Below are positions 52,745 through 62,836 of a stretch of DNA of 64,000 bases, piece by piece; the stretch's first letter is position 1, and each line of letters opens with the position of its first letter. The position numbers and the translations under genes were made by a program. The stretch comes from Perkinsela sp. CCAP 1560/9 (lineage: Eukaryota; Protista; Euglenozoa: Kinetoplastea), in the NCBI GenBank assembly GCA_965644495.1, contig CBFFSA010000013.1:186001-250000 (forward strand), written 5' to 3'. The notes below the pieces were generated by a model. That model had not been told where the DNA came from. It worked only from the letters and a program-made list of their open reading frames with translations, and searched no databases.

Positions 52745-54547
52745 TTACCCTTCTAAAAGTGCGAACTGAAAATGAACCTGGGAGGCCAGCTTTTCTAAGC
52801 TGTCCCTTGCGGATTGTGGCGTGCAACCACGTGCTGCAATCCAACCCAATGCCGTGCTTCGATGGGGTGGTGGGTGAAGTTCCTGGCCCACAGACCAGTA
52901 CAGCTGATGTCCTACGTAACAAGGGTCATCGAGAACACTCGGTACCACCCATTGATCACGCAAAACTGCTGCCACCGAACATGGAGGGAAGTTTAAAGTA
53001 GCGACATATTGGTTCGCTGAGAGCGTATGCGGATATAAAGCTGGGGTGATAAAGTGAAACGTGTTTGTGTTGTCCGATGATTTGGAAGTTTCAGAGTCTC
53101 CTGCGTTCAAAAGGGGTGTAGTAGGGTGTTCAACGTGAACTGCACTGATAAATTTCACTGTGGGATGCGCGGTGACAGGAAGCGAACAGTTTCGTAAAAA
53201 CGTATTTTCCGCAAGCTTCCAGACATGTTCCTTAATCGGATATGCGGCTTTCGCACGAGCATGAATGGTAGGAGAAAGTCCGCACGCGATGCGACAATAT
53301 TGTACTGCCAGATCAATTCCTGTGACAGCTAAATTCAGCGCGTGCGTTTCCGCAGCACCGAGTCTGAGGTTGACTTCTACAACGTATGCTTTATTTCTGC
53401 GCATGTCATATTTGGCTTCAAAATGCATAACAGTGTTTAATTGCGAGCCATGTATGGCAACAAACTTTCTTGTGAGACAAATGAGCTTCTCCAGCGCCTC
53501 GCTCGGTAGCGCACTTGGGGCTAGTCCTCCCGATTCCACAAAATATGGCGCACTATGCGGAGCGCAATTATCAGAAACCAAGGCATACTGTAAGTCTCCA
53601 TGGTGAATGACGCAGTCAATGTCCACTTCTGGGCCTTCTATGTATTCTTCAATTAGCACAGAGAGTGGTGTACCTAGTGCATTCCAGTGATCTCGTTCCT
53701 TCTCATTGAAAGCAGATTGTGTGTTTGACAAGCAGCGGATAGGAGTCGATGGCGATTGCTCAGTATTCACGCGTTCGGATTCGTCGCTCACGTTTTCTTC
53801 ATAAGGTAAAGTGGGTGGCGTTGGAATGTTTCCGCCATTTGATTTATTGAGAATACCCAATACGTTTTGAGCTGCACACTTGAGTTGTGCATAGTCTTCG
53901 CATTTTTGTACCAAAGCCCCACCAGCACCGGGATTGGGCTTTACAATTAAAGGAAATTGTATCAAGTGCGAGCAGTGCACTGCTCGCATTTTTGTTCCCG
54001 TTTCTATTTTAGACATTCGGTCTGCATCAGTGATTAGCCCGCCTTCATTGTCCGCCAATAAGCGAAGAATTCCTTCTAGTTCGCCCAACGTACGAATGCT
54101 ACGACTCCATGGGGCGCACAACCCTGTGTCGTGGCACCAATTTCTAAATCGAGCTTTGTCATGAGTGCAACGGATTACCTCGACAGGCGCAGGACACGAA
54201 ATTTTACCCAGAGCAGTTGCTAGCGCCGCGGCTGGATAAACCCCATACTCGTCGAAGGAGAGAACACCGTCAATAAGTGCTTCCGATGGGTAACTTCTTA
54301 CTTGTAACGACTCAATTTCCTGTTGCACATGTGCTATCATAGGCTCAACCTTCTGCGTGTCGGTAAGAATCCATTTCCACACGTAAGGAGTCGCCCAACT
54401 TACAACATGGGGGTGTACCATCACTATGCGAACTCCCGATTCGTACAGTGTGCGATAGGCGACGACTCGACTGTCACTACTCGTCCTGACAAACAAGACG
54501 CATTTCCCTTCCAGCTCTTGCCCCTTGATATTCGGTGATGACATCAC
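52745..54547 (-). CDS. ATP-grasp ligase (carnosine synthase / L-amino-acid ligase-like)
   Basis: DGVLSFDE, HDKARFR, FPLIVKP..GAG, IEEYIEGPEVDID, HFEAK, VEVNLRLG. Confidence 0.85.
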   Translation of the reverse strand: MMSSPNIKGQELEGKCVLFVRTSSDSRVVAYRTLYESGVRIVMVHPHVVSWATPYVWKWILTDTQKVEPMIAHVQQEIESLQVRSYPSEALIDGVLSFDEYGVYPAAALATALGKISCPAPVEVIRCTHDKARFRNWCHDTGLCAPWSRSIRTLGELEGILRLLADNEGGLITDADRMSKIETGTKMRAVHCSHLIQFPLIVKPNPGAGGALVQKCEDYAQLKCAAQNVLGILNKSNGGNIPTPPTLPYEENVSDESERVNTEQSPSTPIRCLSNTQSAFNEKERDHWNALGTPLSVLIEEYIEGPEVDIDCVIHHGDLQYALVSDNCAPHSAPYFVESGGLAPSALPSEALEKLICLTRKFVAIHGSQLNTVMHFEAKYDMRRNKAYVVEVNLRLGAAETHALNLAVTGIDLAVQYCRIACGLSPTIHARAKAAYPIKEHVWKLAENTFLRNCSLPVTAHPTVKFISAVHVEHPTTPLLNAGDSETSKSSDNTNTFHFITPALYPHTLSANQYVATLNFPPCSVAAVLRDQWVVPSVLDDPCYVGHQLYWSVGQELHPPPHRSTALGWIAARGCTPQSARDSLEKLASQVHFQFALLEG

Positions 54548-54739
54548 TCATTAAGGAACTTGATACATGAATTTTTCATCTCGCTTGTGCATGTGGTGCG
54601 CGGACGCCATTGTTAGGAAAATTAATTTGATGCAAATGTACGTATGGTTATAGGACGAGAAACACTAAATTATTACTCAGAAAAATCCATAAAAGGACTC
54701 TTGGTTATAGGGTGATATGAATAGGTTGATTCAAAAAAA

Positions 54740-54791
54740 CGGTTGATGTACATGTACATACGAAAAGGTTGATGTACATGTACATGTACAT
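54740..54791. repeat. Tandem GGTTGATGTACATGTACAT duplication with an (ATGTAC)n extension
   Basis: Seen directly in the intergenic DNA. Confidence 0.7.
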
Positions 54792-54934
54792 GGAAGTTCT
54801 ATTTATCGGAACGTGTATGCTACAGCAATTCAAAGTGGGTGGATCAAAGTACCGTCTGAGAGCCATGTGAGAGAATCTGTAAAAATCCTTCCAACGTGTC
54901 GAAGAGCGGAAAATATCGTACAATTTAAATTGTA

Positions 54935-56230
54935 TCATTTCTGCCTATTTTTTCTTTTCGCTCGTTTCCGCTCTTTTCTGATGGCTTTTTTACTTTGATT
55001 CTTGCTCTTAGATTTTCCTCCCCTCATGGCACTTTTACATCCTGGTGTAGGTGTCGGGTATATACCTGCAAAAAGATTTATCACGCCCGGGTTAGCCATT
55101 CCTGGTGTTTGGCGTGCCGATGAGGGAGGCTTCGCAGAGACATGATATTTTGCACTAGAACCTTGAACTACGCTAGGAAACAAGCCCCGCGTAACAGGAT
55201 CAGCGATGTTGAGTATGCCCGGAATCCAGTGCACTTGTAAATGACAATTTTCTTCGAACAGTAAATTTTGCAGTTCCTTGATCCATATCCATTGTCGTTT
55301 TTCTACAAACTGTTCGCGCCTTCGATCCGCCCCTCGCAGTATTAAATCTGCATCTGGTAAGAGGCATTTCTCAAACTTGATTTGTTCCAGTGCACGAACA
55401 AGTCCTATAGCATCACTGAAAACATGCAAGGTCCGCAGTCCAGTAAACGTGGCCAGCGCATGTGTAATTCCATGTACGGCCGCCAAGAGCTCCTCGTCAT
55501 GGGTACCGCGCCTTATAAATTCCAAGCTGTACGCAGCACTTTCGATGGCAAAGCGTGTAGGCGCGAGGTGAACCAGTCCCCAGCCATGACGCGAGGCATC
55601 AATAAAAACCGCAGAGGAACTGACCGGTAGCGGCTCGATGGTATGTTTACGCCTTCGGCAGCTGGCTCGTACTACGTTCCATCCTTCCGTTCCAACACAA
55701 TAAAACAGATCCGTGACCATGTGACGAACCCAGTCCTCCATCTTCCACTGACTAAGAGTGATCAGCACCTTCTGACACATGCTTCGAGACTGCTCTACAA
55801 AGGATGGGTTGCCGCCGGGGTCTGGAGTATTCCGAGAAGCGCGGAAACGCCGTTTCGCTGCACGACTCTCCGCCCTATCTATCTGCCGGAAAACTGCTCT
55901 TCGTACTTGATCGATATGCGCCATTTTACGTATTTGCCGTGTCTCGCTTGAACCTATTTCCCTTTCTAGCTTAAATCGGCTCACTCTGACACCCAAATAC
56001 GGTATATTATTTTGCTCTTGAGCATTTTTTTGAGCGTTTTTCTTTTTGTTTCTTTTTTTCTTCTTAGTTGTGAGTAAAGCAGAGGTTCCGTGAAAACAAC
56101 AAAAACTAAAAGACTGTAACTTGTTTAGAATGGGTGTCGATAAATTTCCGCGCGTAAAGAACTTAGTAGAGGCAACTCCTGCACTCCTAACCATTAGTTT
56201 TCCGATCATCCCTATCATGGACATTCCCAC
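54935..56230 (-). CDS. Retroelement-type (VIPER/DIRS-like) RNase H domain protein with presequence-like N-terminus and basic tails
   Basis: FIDASRHGWG, THDEELLA, HVFSDA, VHWIPGILNIADPVTRG (D-E-D-D); no RT domain in the ORF. Confidence 0.8.
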   Translation of the reverse strand: MGMSMIGMIGKLMVRSAGVASTKFFTRGNLSTPILNKLQSFSFCCFHGTSALLTTKKKKRNKKKNAQKNAQEQNNIPYLGVRVSRFKLEREIGSSETRQIRKMAHIDQVRRAVFRQIDRAESRAAKRRFRASRNTPDPGGNPSFVEQSRSMCQKVLITLSQWKMEDWVRHMVTDLFYCVGTEGWNVVRASCRRRKHTIEPLPVSSSAVFIDASRHGWGLVHLAPTRFAIESAAYSLEFIRRGTHDEELLAAVHGITHALATFTGLRTLHVFSDAIGLVRALEQIKFEKCLLPDADLILRGADRRREQFVEKRQWIWIKELQNLLFEENCHLQVHWIPGILNIADPVTRGLFPSVVQGSSAKYHVSAKPPSSARQTPGMANPGVINLFAGIYPTPTPGCKSAMRGGKSKSKNQSKKAIRKERKRAKRKNRQK

Positions 56231-56699
56231 TTGCTCGACAGCATCTCGAAATATTTACTTGTGTATTCAAGTCAAAACAAGAAAAGATAGAACGTGTAAT
56301 ATTAAAATTCGTACGTTAGACAAAATAAAATTGTAGCACACCCTTTAAAATTTGTATCAAGCGGATATCGGAATCTGCTGGACTATTACAAAGATACAAC
56401 GTATAGCCGCGCAACCTTTGCAAGTATGTATTCACGGAAACCTTAAAAGTACATAAACGCAGAAAAGATTACGTTGGCGTCAGTCAGACAAAGCTGCTGG
56501 TCAGTACTGTCCCAAGGTTCAATAGTGTTTGGGTACATTTAAAATACATTTTTTAATCGATACAAGCTTCATATAATGTTTGCAGAAATATTGAGTATTG
56601 TAGCATTAAAAGCGTAAAAACGTCAAGAATATACTACATTGTGTGGCATGTTATGTAATATAGTAGAGCAGATCGCCGGCGGTGGGGGTACATTTAATA

Positions 56700-57305
56700 T
56701 TAAGTTGTAGCACTAACTGTATCAAATAGTGCCGTTTGCTTTGATAAATTTCCGGGATGTTCCTTTTCCTCGGCTGTGGCTTTCTGCGCGTTTGCCTCAT
56801 TGGCCCGTACCAGATCTTCTGGACATCCCCCGTGGTCGTGTGCCATGCACGCCTCGACAACCCGACCTACACGGAAGTTGCCGCACTGCACACAGGCCTT
56901 CATTACCCAACTCCAGGTCTCACCATTCGACTTGATCTTGTTCCGGTGCTCCATTTCCTCAATGATGTCCAACATCGCACACACTTTACTTTCCCCGGGT
57001 GTTGCATCCTTTTGCTTCTTCTCGCACTCGTAGATTCTTTGAAGCGCGGTGTTGTACGTCGCTAGGTCGGGCGGAGTGTTTTGAAGATTCATTTGCACCA
57101 TTAGATCTCCAGCTTCGTCGTAATATTGCACTTTTTTAATTTTTTCCATCCAGGGTTGGGTGTTGGTGCTCACTTCATATCCAAACAGATCGTATTTCTT
57201 GGTCGAGGTGGCGCAGTGTCGGACAGCTGTAGGGACAACCAATGTACCAACACAGGACACCAAACGGTGAAGTCGGCGCATCAATATGAAGCCAATATTA
57301 AACAA
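56700..57305 (-). CDS. p18: Euglenozoan mitochondrial F1-ATPase subunit p18 (PPR protein); probable start at 57281
   Basis: KKYDLFGYEVSTNTQPW.EKIKK..YYDEAG...PPDLATYN, as in trypanosome p18. Confidence 0.93.
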   Translation of the reverse strand: MFNIGFILMRRLHRLVSCVGTLVVPTAVRHCATSTKKYDLFGYEVSTNTQPWMEKIKKVQYYDEAGDLMVQMNLQNTPPDLATYNTALQRIYECEKKQKDATPGESKVCAMLDIIEEMEHRNKIKSNGETWSWVMKACVQCGNFRVGRVVEACMAHDHGGCPEDLVRANEANAQKATAEEKEHPGNLSKQTALFDTVSATT

Positions 57306-57422
57306 AAAATTGTTTAAGAAATGAACGATCTAAGGTGATCTTGCGATACTACATGAGATCACGCTAGATCATAAAAGATTCTTTAGAATTATGCTAGATG
57401 TTTCTATTTAAAAAGATTTTCT

Positions 57423-59201
57423 TCAGATTTGTGGAGAATTTTCTAATTGCCGGGACTGTCTTTTCCCCTGAACTACGTTCCGAATGAAGAGTTCTCCTGC
57501 CTTGTAGCTGGAACGCACCATGGGACCACTGGCAACATAGAGAAACCCCAAATTCTCGCCGTAAGACTTGTAGTGTTCAAATTCATCGGGGTGAACAAAA
57601 CGCTCGACTTTTTTGCGGCTGCGGTCAGGCTGCAGATATTGACCCAGGGTGAGGAAGTCTACCCCCACGTCTTTGAGATCCCGCATGGACTCTTCCACCT
57701 CGCGCATAGTCTCCCCGAGCCCCACCATGAGACTCGACTTTGTGAATAGCTTTGGGTTTACCGATTTCGCGTACCGCAGCACCTGTAAGGACTGGTCGTA
57801 CGACGCACGACGGTCCCTAATATAGGGAGTAATCCGCCTAACCACTTCCAAGTTGTGGGCATAAACATGCAAACCACTATGTGCGACTTTCTCAATGCTA
57901 CTCTGCTTCCCGCGGAAATCACCCACAAGACATTCAATGAGAAGATCCCGTGAGTCGTCACCCCCTGACACAACACCAGATTCCAATACCTTTTCGCTGT
58001 CCCCTTCGTGCGGCGTAATCTCATGTTCGGTGGAGTTACCCGGCTTCATAACCAAATCCTCCTTTTGTTGGTCACCACCTTCCCCTCTCCCCTCCCTCCT
58101 CCCCCGCAAAATCTCCCCAATCGTCCTCACCACATGCCCCGCCCCCCCATCCGGAAGATCATCCCGGTCCACCATCGTAAGCACGACGTAGGACAGGTTC
58201 AGCCCCCGCAGGGCGTCTCCAATCCGCCGCGGCTCCCCCTCCTCCAGCGGCCTCGGGTCGCGCCGGGTCTGGACGCTACAGAACCGGCACCCCCGGGTGC
58301 ACTCGTGGCCCATCATCATGACGGTGGCGGTGGCGACCCCGGAGTCCCCGCCCCCCCAGCACTCCCCGATGTTGGGGCACCGTGCCTCCTCGCACACCGT
58401 GGACAGGCGGTGGGCGCGCATCTGGGCCTTGAGGCGCAGGTAGTGGGGGTAGGCGCGGGGGCCCTTGGGGAGGGCGAGGCGCAGCCACGGGGGGAGGGGG
58501 GAGCGGCCGCGGGTGGTGGGGGAGGGAATGTTGATAGGGTAGGTCGTGGTGGGGAGGGAGGGGGAGGAGGAAGTAGAAACAGAACTGTTGTGGGGCGTAG
58601 AGATCGTCTCTATAGTCTGTGTGTTGTTGTTGCTGGGAGACATAGAGATGGTCTCTATATTCTGTGTGGTGTTGGTGTTGTTGGGAGGCGTAGAAATGGT
58701 CTCTATATTCTGTGTGGTGGTGTTGTTGTTGTTATTATTGTTGGGAGACGTAGAGATACTCCCCAGAATATCTTGTGTGTTGGTGTTGTTGGGAGGAGTA
58801 AACAGGTCAAAATCTTGAGGTCCGGGCTCGGAGGCGAGTCGGGTACGGAAGTTGGTGAGAAAGGTTTGTTGGGTGGGGGTGAGTTCGGGGTGGGTGGAAT
58901 AGGGATGTGTGGTGGGGGATGTGATAGGGGGAGGGAACGTATGGAGATGGTGGGTGGTGCGAGTCGGGGGGTTGAGCTTTGAGAAGGCTCGTAAAGAGGA
59001 TAGGAGTTGGGTAGAATGCATGGAGAGTACGGAGTAAAATATACAACTTGGTTGAAGTGTATGTTGATAAACACGTAAAGTGGAGTGTGGTTTAGGTGAC
59101 AAAAATGGCGTATGGTAAGGACCCCCTCTGACAGAGGTCCAACCATTTCTGGTATAATTCTTAAAGAGTTCAGTATACCATGTATTAGGGTATACAAACA
59201 C
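57423..59201 (-). CDS. LIAS: Lipoyl synthase (radical SAM); probable start at 59021
   Basis: CEEARCPNIGECW, CTRGCRFC, DRDDLPDGGA, TLGQYLQP, ASGPMVRSSYKAGE. Confidence 0.95.
   Translation of the reverse strand: MFVYPNTWYTELFKNYTRNGWTSVRGGPYHTPFLSPKPHSTLRVYQHTLQPSCIFYSVLSMHSTQLLSSLRAFSKLNPPTRTTHHLHTFPPPITSPTTHPYSTHPELTPTQQTFLTNFRTRLASEPGPQDFDLFTPPNNTNTQDILGSISTSPNNNNNNNTTTQNIETISTPPNNTNTTQNIETISMSPSNNNTQTIETISTPHNSSVSTSSSPSLPTTTYPINIPSPTTRGRSPLPPWLRLALPKGPRAYPHYLRLKAQMRAHRLSTVCEEARCPNIGECWGGGDSGVATATVMMMGHECTRGCRFCSVQTRRDPRPLEEGEPRRIGDALRGLNLSYVVLTMVDRDDLPDGGAGHVVRTIGEILRGRREGRGEGGDQQKEDLVMKPGNSTEHEITPHEGDSEKVLESGVVSGGDDSRDLLIECLVGDFRGKQSSIEKVAHSGLHVYAHNLEVVRRITPYIRDRRASYDQSLQVLRYAKSVNPKLFTKSSLMVGLGETMREVEESMRDLKDVGVDFLTLGQYLQPDRSRKKVERFVHPDEFEHYKSYGENLGFLYVASGPMVRSSYKAGELFIRNVVQGKRQSRQLENSPQI
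58596..58798. repeat. Coding tandem repeat, about four units of (TQNIETIST.PNN)
   Basis: Repeated GTAGARATGGTCTCTATATTCTGTGTG..TTGTTGGGAG in the N-terminal extension of lipoyl synthase. Confidence 0.8.
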
Positions 59202-59410
59202 GAAATATAGAGTAGCACTTTTAGTGGTATAATCGGAATCGGATACGTACTAAGCAGTTAGTAAAAGTTACAGGTCTTTGTTTTGCTCCTACTAATTTCT
59301 GGTAATAATAAATAGTGTTTAAGTTTAGCATTCTGTGTCGAGTCAAAAGAAAGTAAAAAAAGCAATGGGAAAAGCAAATGGTTGCGCAACCTACCAAGAA
59401 GCTAGGCACG

Positions 59411-60643
59411 TTACAATTCGTAGAAAGATGTCTCAGCTCGCTCTTCATCCTTCTTTCGCTGTTCCTCTTCCATCTGTTCCTGTCTCTCCTTGCGACGTTG
59501 CTTTCTTTCTCTTTTTCTCTCACGTTTACGTTCAGCATCCTCCTCCTTGTCACGTATTTCCTCCAGTTCCTTCTCCTTTTCGATTGTTTTCCCCCAGGTT
59601 TCCGCAATGAACGCCTCTACTTCCTCAACACTGTCTGAGACGATAATGTTATCAAACACGGTTCCATTTTTAACGTTCCAGAGCTCAAACCCAACAGAGT
59701 TAAGTGGCTTTCGGCTCCAGTACAAATACGGATCCGGGTGGTATAAAGGATTATGCAGCTGCTGAGGCTGAAAAGGTTTGTAATTCGGATTTTTGATACG
59801 GCCGGGAAACCAGTGCCCCTTGGCATTTTTATTATCTATCAGGGGTGCAGTCCAGTTTCCATCCTCATCGTCATCCCAATCCTCCGGTTTATCCACGTCC
59901 GGGTCCGGTATCTTCTTCGGCTCCTTATCCCAGTCGTCCGGTTTCTTGTCATCCGGGTCCGTGACCCACTCCTCTCCCTCGTCGTAGTCATCCGGGAACT
60001 CATCAGTGGTGTCGTCCAGCGTGGGCTCAGGCAGTAGTTCCCAATCGCGCTCAATTTCTCCACCATCAAAGTATTCGTTATCCACCCGGACCTCATAGGT
60101 GTTATCCGGGCGAATAATCAACGTATACAGGTGGGTGAGTTTATCACGTTTGCATTTTGGCTCCTTCAGCCACGGCACATTCACCCCCTGGTAGTTCCAC
60201 ATAATTTGCACCTTCCACGGACCACAGATGTCGGGTCCAAACATGATAAAATAAGGCGTCTTCCCATCAAACTCCTCCTGGTCGATATCGGGCATCAGTT
60301 TAATGTATCCTCCCCCGCAGTCATGGTCCTGGTCATACTTTACGGTGTACGAAAGAACAAGGGTCTTATTTTTGTTGTCAAAAGGCTTTTTAAATTTCGC
60401 ACTGATAGCGTACTGGTGCTGATCCTCGGCGGTAATCATTCCGCGGTTAATGTTTTCATCTCCATAGGTGGTAGGGAGTCCGAGACGAAAGCGCCCATAG
60501 CTGGCATTCGCCCGGCTCTGTATCCATCGCTTCTCAAAGGGGTCTCCGAAAGGGGTCTCCTCGAAGGTCTCTTTGAAATAGATTTCGGCGCGCAAGGTGG
60601 GGCACAAAGGTGCCAGAAACCCTAGAAGGAATAAGAGAAGCAT
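59411..60643 (-). CDS. CRT: Calreticulin
   Basis: Signal peptide, EIYFKETF, DCGGGYIKL, IMFGPDICG, P-domain repeats DPDDKKPDDWD / KPEDWDDDEDGNW, acidic tail ending FYEL. Confidence 0.97.
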   Translation of the reverse strand: MLLLFLLGFLAPLCPTLRAEIYFKETFEETPFGDPFEKRWIQSRANASYGRFRLGLPTTYGDENINRGMITAEDQHQYAISAKFKKPFDNKNKTLVLSYTVKYDQDHDCGGGYIKLMPDIDQEEFDGKTPYFIMFGPDICGPWKVQIMWNYQGVNVPWLKEPKCKRDKLTHLYTLIIRPDNTYEVRVDNEYFDGGEIERDWELLPEPTLDDTTDEFPDDYDEGEEWVTDPDDKKPDDWDKEPKKIPDPDVDKPEDWDDDEDGNWTAPLIDNKNAKGHWFPGRIKNPNYKPFQPQQLHNPLYHPDPYLYWSRKPLNSVGFELWNVKNGTVFDNIIVSDSVEEVEAFIAETWGKTIEKEKELEEIRDKEEDAERKRERKRERKQRRKERQEQMEEEQRKKDEERAETSFYEL

Positions 60644-60768
60644 TTAAAAAGATAAAAATATTATGACCTAATTTGCTAACCAACTGTTTGCAAAACTTTT
60701 CGTAAAGGGTGGAAAAATTGAATTGTGCTTTGTATTGTAAGTCAGTGAGTAAATTGAAAAAAAAGACA

Positions 60769-60896
60769 TAAAGAGGGGGCTCGTTTATTCAATTTTTTCG
60801 AGCATTTTTTGCTAACAATAATCGAATGTTAACAATCAATGAATTTATCGATTGTTAACAATAAACGAATGCTAACAATAAACGAGCCCCCCTTTA
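60769..60896. mobile_element. ~128-bp MITE-like fold-back
   Basis: TAAAGAGGGGGCTCGTTTATT ... AATAAACGAGCCCCCCTTTA with internal TAACAATAA repeats. Confidence 0.65.
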
Positions 60897-61019
60897 GATT
60901 TTATACACAAGCATTAAGCGTTAAAACAAGTTTTAGTATACTCCCTCACACAACATTGGAACGCACAGATGTGCATTACAATCGCTTCCTAGTTCCCAGA
61001 GTTCACTCTCGCATTCTGC

Positions 61020-61691
61020 CTATTTGTCTCCAGAGAGTCTGCGCTGCATTTGGTCAGCTACGGTGCGAAGACTTTCTTGATCCCACTGACCCATGGGTTC
61101 CCAATACACTCCCAATCCTTCTATACGATTTGGCTTTGGAATAAGATGATAATGCACGTGGGGAACGGCTTGGTGAGCCATTGCTCCGTTGTTCTGTAAA
61201 ACATTATAGTCCTCAGAGGGTAAAAGCCCTCCAACACGACGAAGCATATGGGCAACAGCTTGAGCCGATTCCTCTGCAACTTCATGCATTTTAGTGTAGT
61301 GATTCTTAGGAATAACTAAAGCGTGTCCAACGGCCAAGGGATGAATATCCAGAAAGGCTAAAGCTAAGTCAGTCTCCATTATTTTAACACAAGGAAGCTC
61401 ACCCGAAATTATGCGACAAAAGGGGCAAGAGGGAACGCAAATTAGATTCGTGGATATAATATTGTTAAAATTAGATTGCTGTTGATTCCCACTTTTTGCA
61501 TTCTTGTTTACGGATTTTAGTTGCTTTTTTACTTTCTTGATATTCGATTTACTGGCCAATCGATTCGAGTAGCAATACATGGCGACTTGGGGAACAATAA
61601 AACATGTCCGCGTGCGCAACAAATTAGCAGCAGAACCCTTAATGCAATGAAATTGCCTTTTTTGAAATAACAGAGACAGAGACATACACAA
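61020..61691 (-). CDS. HIT family (Hint-type) nucleotide hydrolase with an N-terminal extension
   Basis: CPFCRII.GELP, AFLDIHPLAVGHALVIPK, QNNG..AHQAVPHVHYHLIP (HxHxH). Confidence 0.93.
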   Translation of the reverse strand: MCMSLSLLFQKRQFHCIKGSAANLLRTRTCFIVPQVAMYCYSNRLASKSNIKKVKKQLKSVNKNAKSGNQQQSNFNNIISTNLICVPSCPFCRIISGELPCVKIMETDLALAFLDIHPLAVGHALVIPKNHYTKMHEVAEESAQAVAHMLRRVGGLLPSEDYNVLQNNGAMAHQAVPHVHYHLIPKPNRIEGLGVYWEPMGQWDQESLRTVADQMQRRLSGDK

Positions 61692-62194
61692 TTAGCTCAA
61701 CGAGTTCATCCCGTAGTTTCGTAGAGCGAGATCAAAATAAGATTCCAATAGAAATACAAAAACATGTTTGTGGCATAAAAAGGTGTACATTGGTGGAGGT
61801 GCCATTTTCTCGCAATCCTATGTTGAATACGATTAATTTTAAAAACTGAAACAAAATACACATAAGAAGTGTTTTTCTCCAAAAAAGGCTATACAAACAG
61901 GAAGCAAAAAACTTTATCCCCAAGAGGAAACAAATGGCTAGATCCCACTGTGATCGTTCGGGAGCTCACCCACACCCTATAACCTTTCCTTTAGATTTCT
62001 ACTTTCACGGCCTAGCTAGCAAGTGAATAAGAAAATGACGCATCTTTTATGAAGATAAAAGAAAGAATCCTTTTCGGCACATGCATTCCGACCCGTAGAA
62101 ACCGGTGTTCAGGTTAATGCAGGTTTATACAGTTTTAAAGATATGATCGCCATGACAATTTTACACGTTACATCCAAGCTCTATAATTTCTTGT

Positions 62195-62836
62195 TCAATA
62201 ATATCTGTACGTTATTCGTCCATCAGCCCAGTTCGTGACGTGCCTCTCTTTCATGTTGTTCCAACATTGAATTTTTGTCCCTGAGAAATCGTACGTCGTG
62301 TGCTCTGGAAGCTCGTGTTCCCCAAGTGTCCCAGTTAGCTCTTCATTTTCCTGAAGCCATAGTGCCGACAGAGTCGTAGGCACCACTTGAAAATACACAT
62401 TCTCAGAAAATTTATTTGACCGCAATCCCAAAACTTGGAGAGTAGAAGGAAGTCCTGAAAGATCGACCCTACCGCTCAGCTGATTGTGATTTACAAAAAA
62501 GTATTCCAATTGTGGCGGTAAGTTAATAAGATCTACTTCGCCCTCAAGACTGTTTGGTGAAACGCTGAAGAATGTCAATGTTCGAGGTAAATGTTGCCAT
62601 AACATGGAGCCATGTAGTTTTAACCAGTCCCAAGTAATGCGATCAACCATGGCTGCATCATTACAAGTAACACCACTCCACCTACACGCATTTGTTGCCG
62701 TTGTCCACGAGGAATGGGTGTTCTCAACATTTCGCACGAGGCGCTCCAATTCATATTCCTGGGAAAATATCATTCCGCGAACCTTGCCTGGCCGAGTACC
62801 TTGCGTCGAGGGATCGACGCACGTAGACGTGTTCAT
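62195..62836 (-). CDS. Short LRR protein (paralogue)
   Basis: HSSW...NACRWSGVTCN cap; LP..L..N.LSG.VDL repeats. Confidence 0.88.
   Translation of the reverse strand: MNTSTCVDPSTQGTRPGKVRGMIFSQEYELERLVRNVENTHSSWTTATNACRWSGVTCNDAAMVDRITWDWLKLHGSMLWQHLPRTLTFFSVSPNSLEGEVDLINLPPQLEYFFVNHNQLSGRVDLSGLPSTLQVLGLRSNKFSENVYFQVVPTTLSALWLQENEELTGTLGEHELPEHTTYDFSGTKIQCWNNMKERHVTNWADGRITYRYY

Noticed and set aside
11386-58982. Long + strand ORFs opposite GC-rich genes (e.g. 11386-12525, 47650-48226, 58008-58982)
   Set aside because: Antisense shadows of well-supported - strand genes in stop-poor GC-rich DNA
51909-61691. Apparent clustering of mitochondrial genes
   Set aside because: Interleaved with ER and other genes; kinetoplastid clusters are generally not functionally grouped
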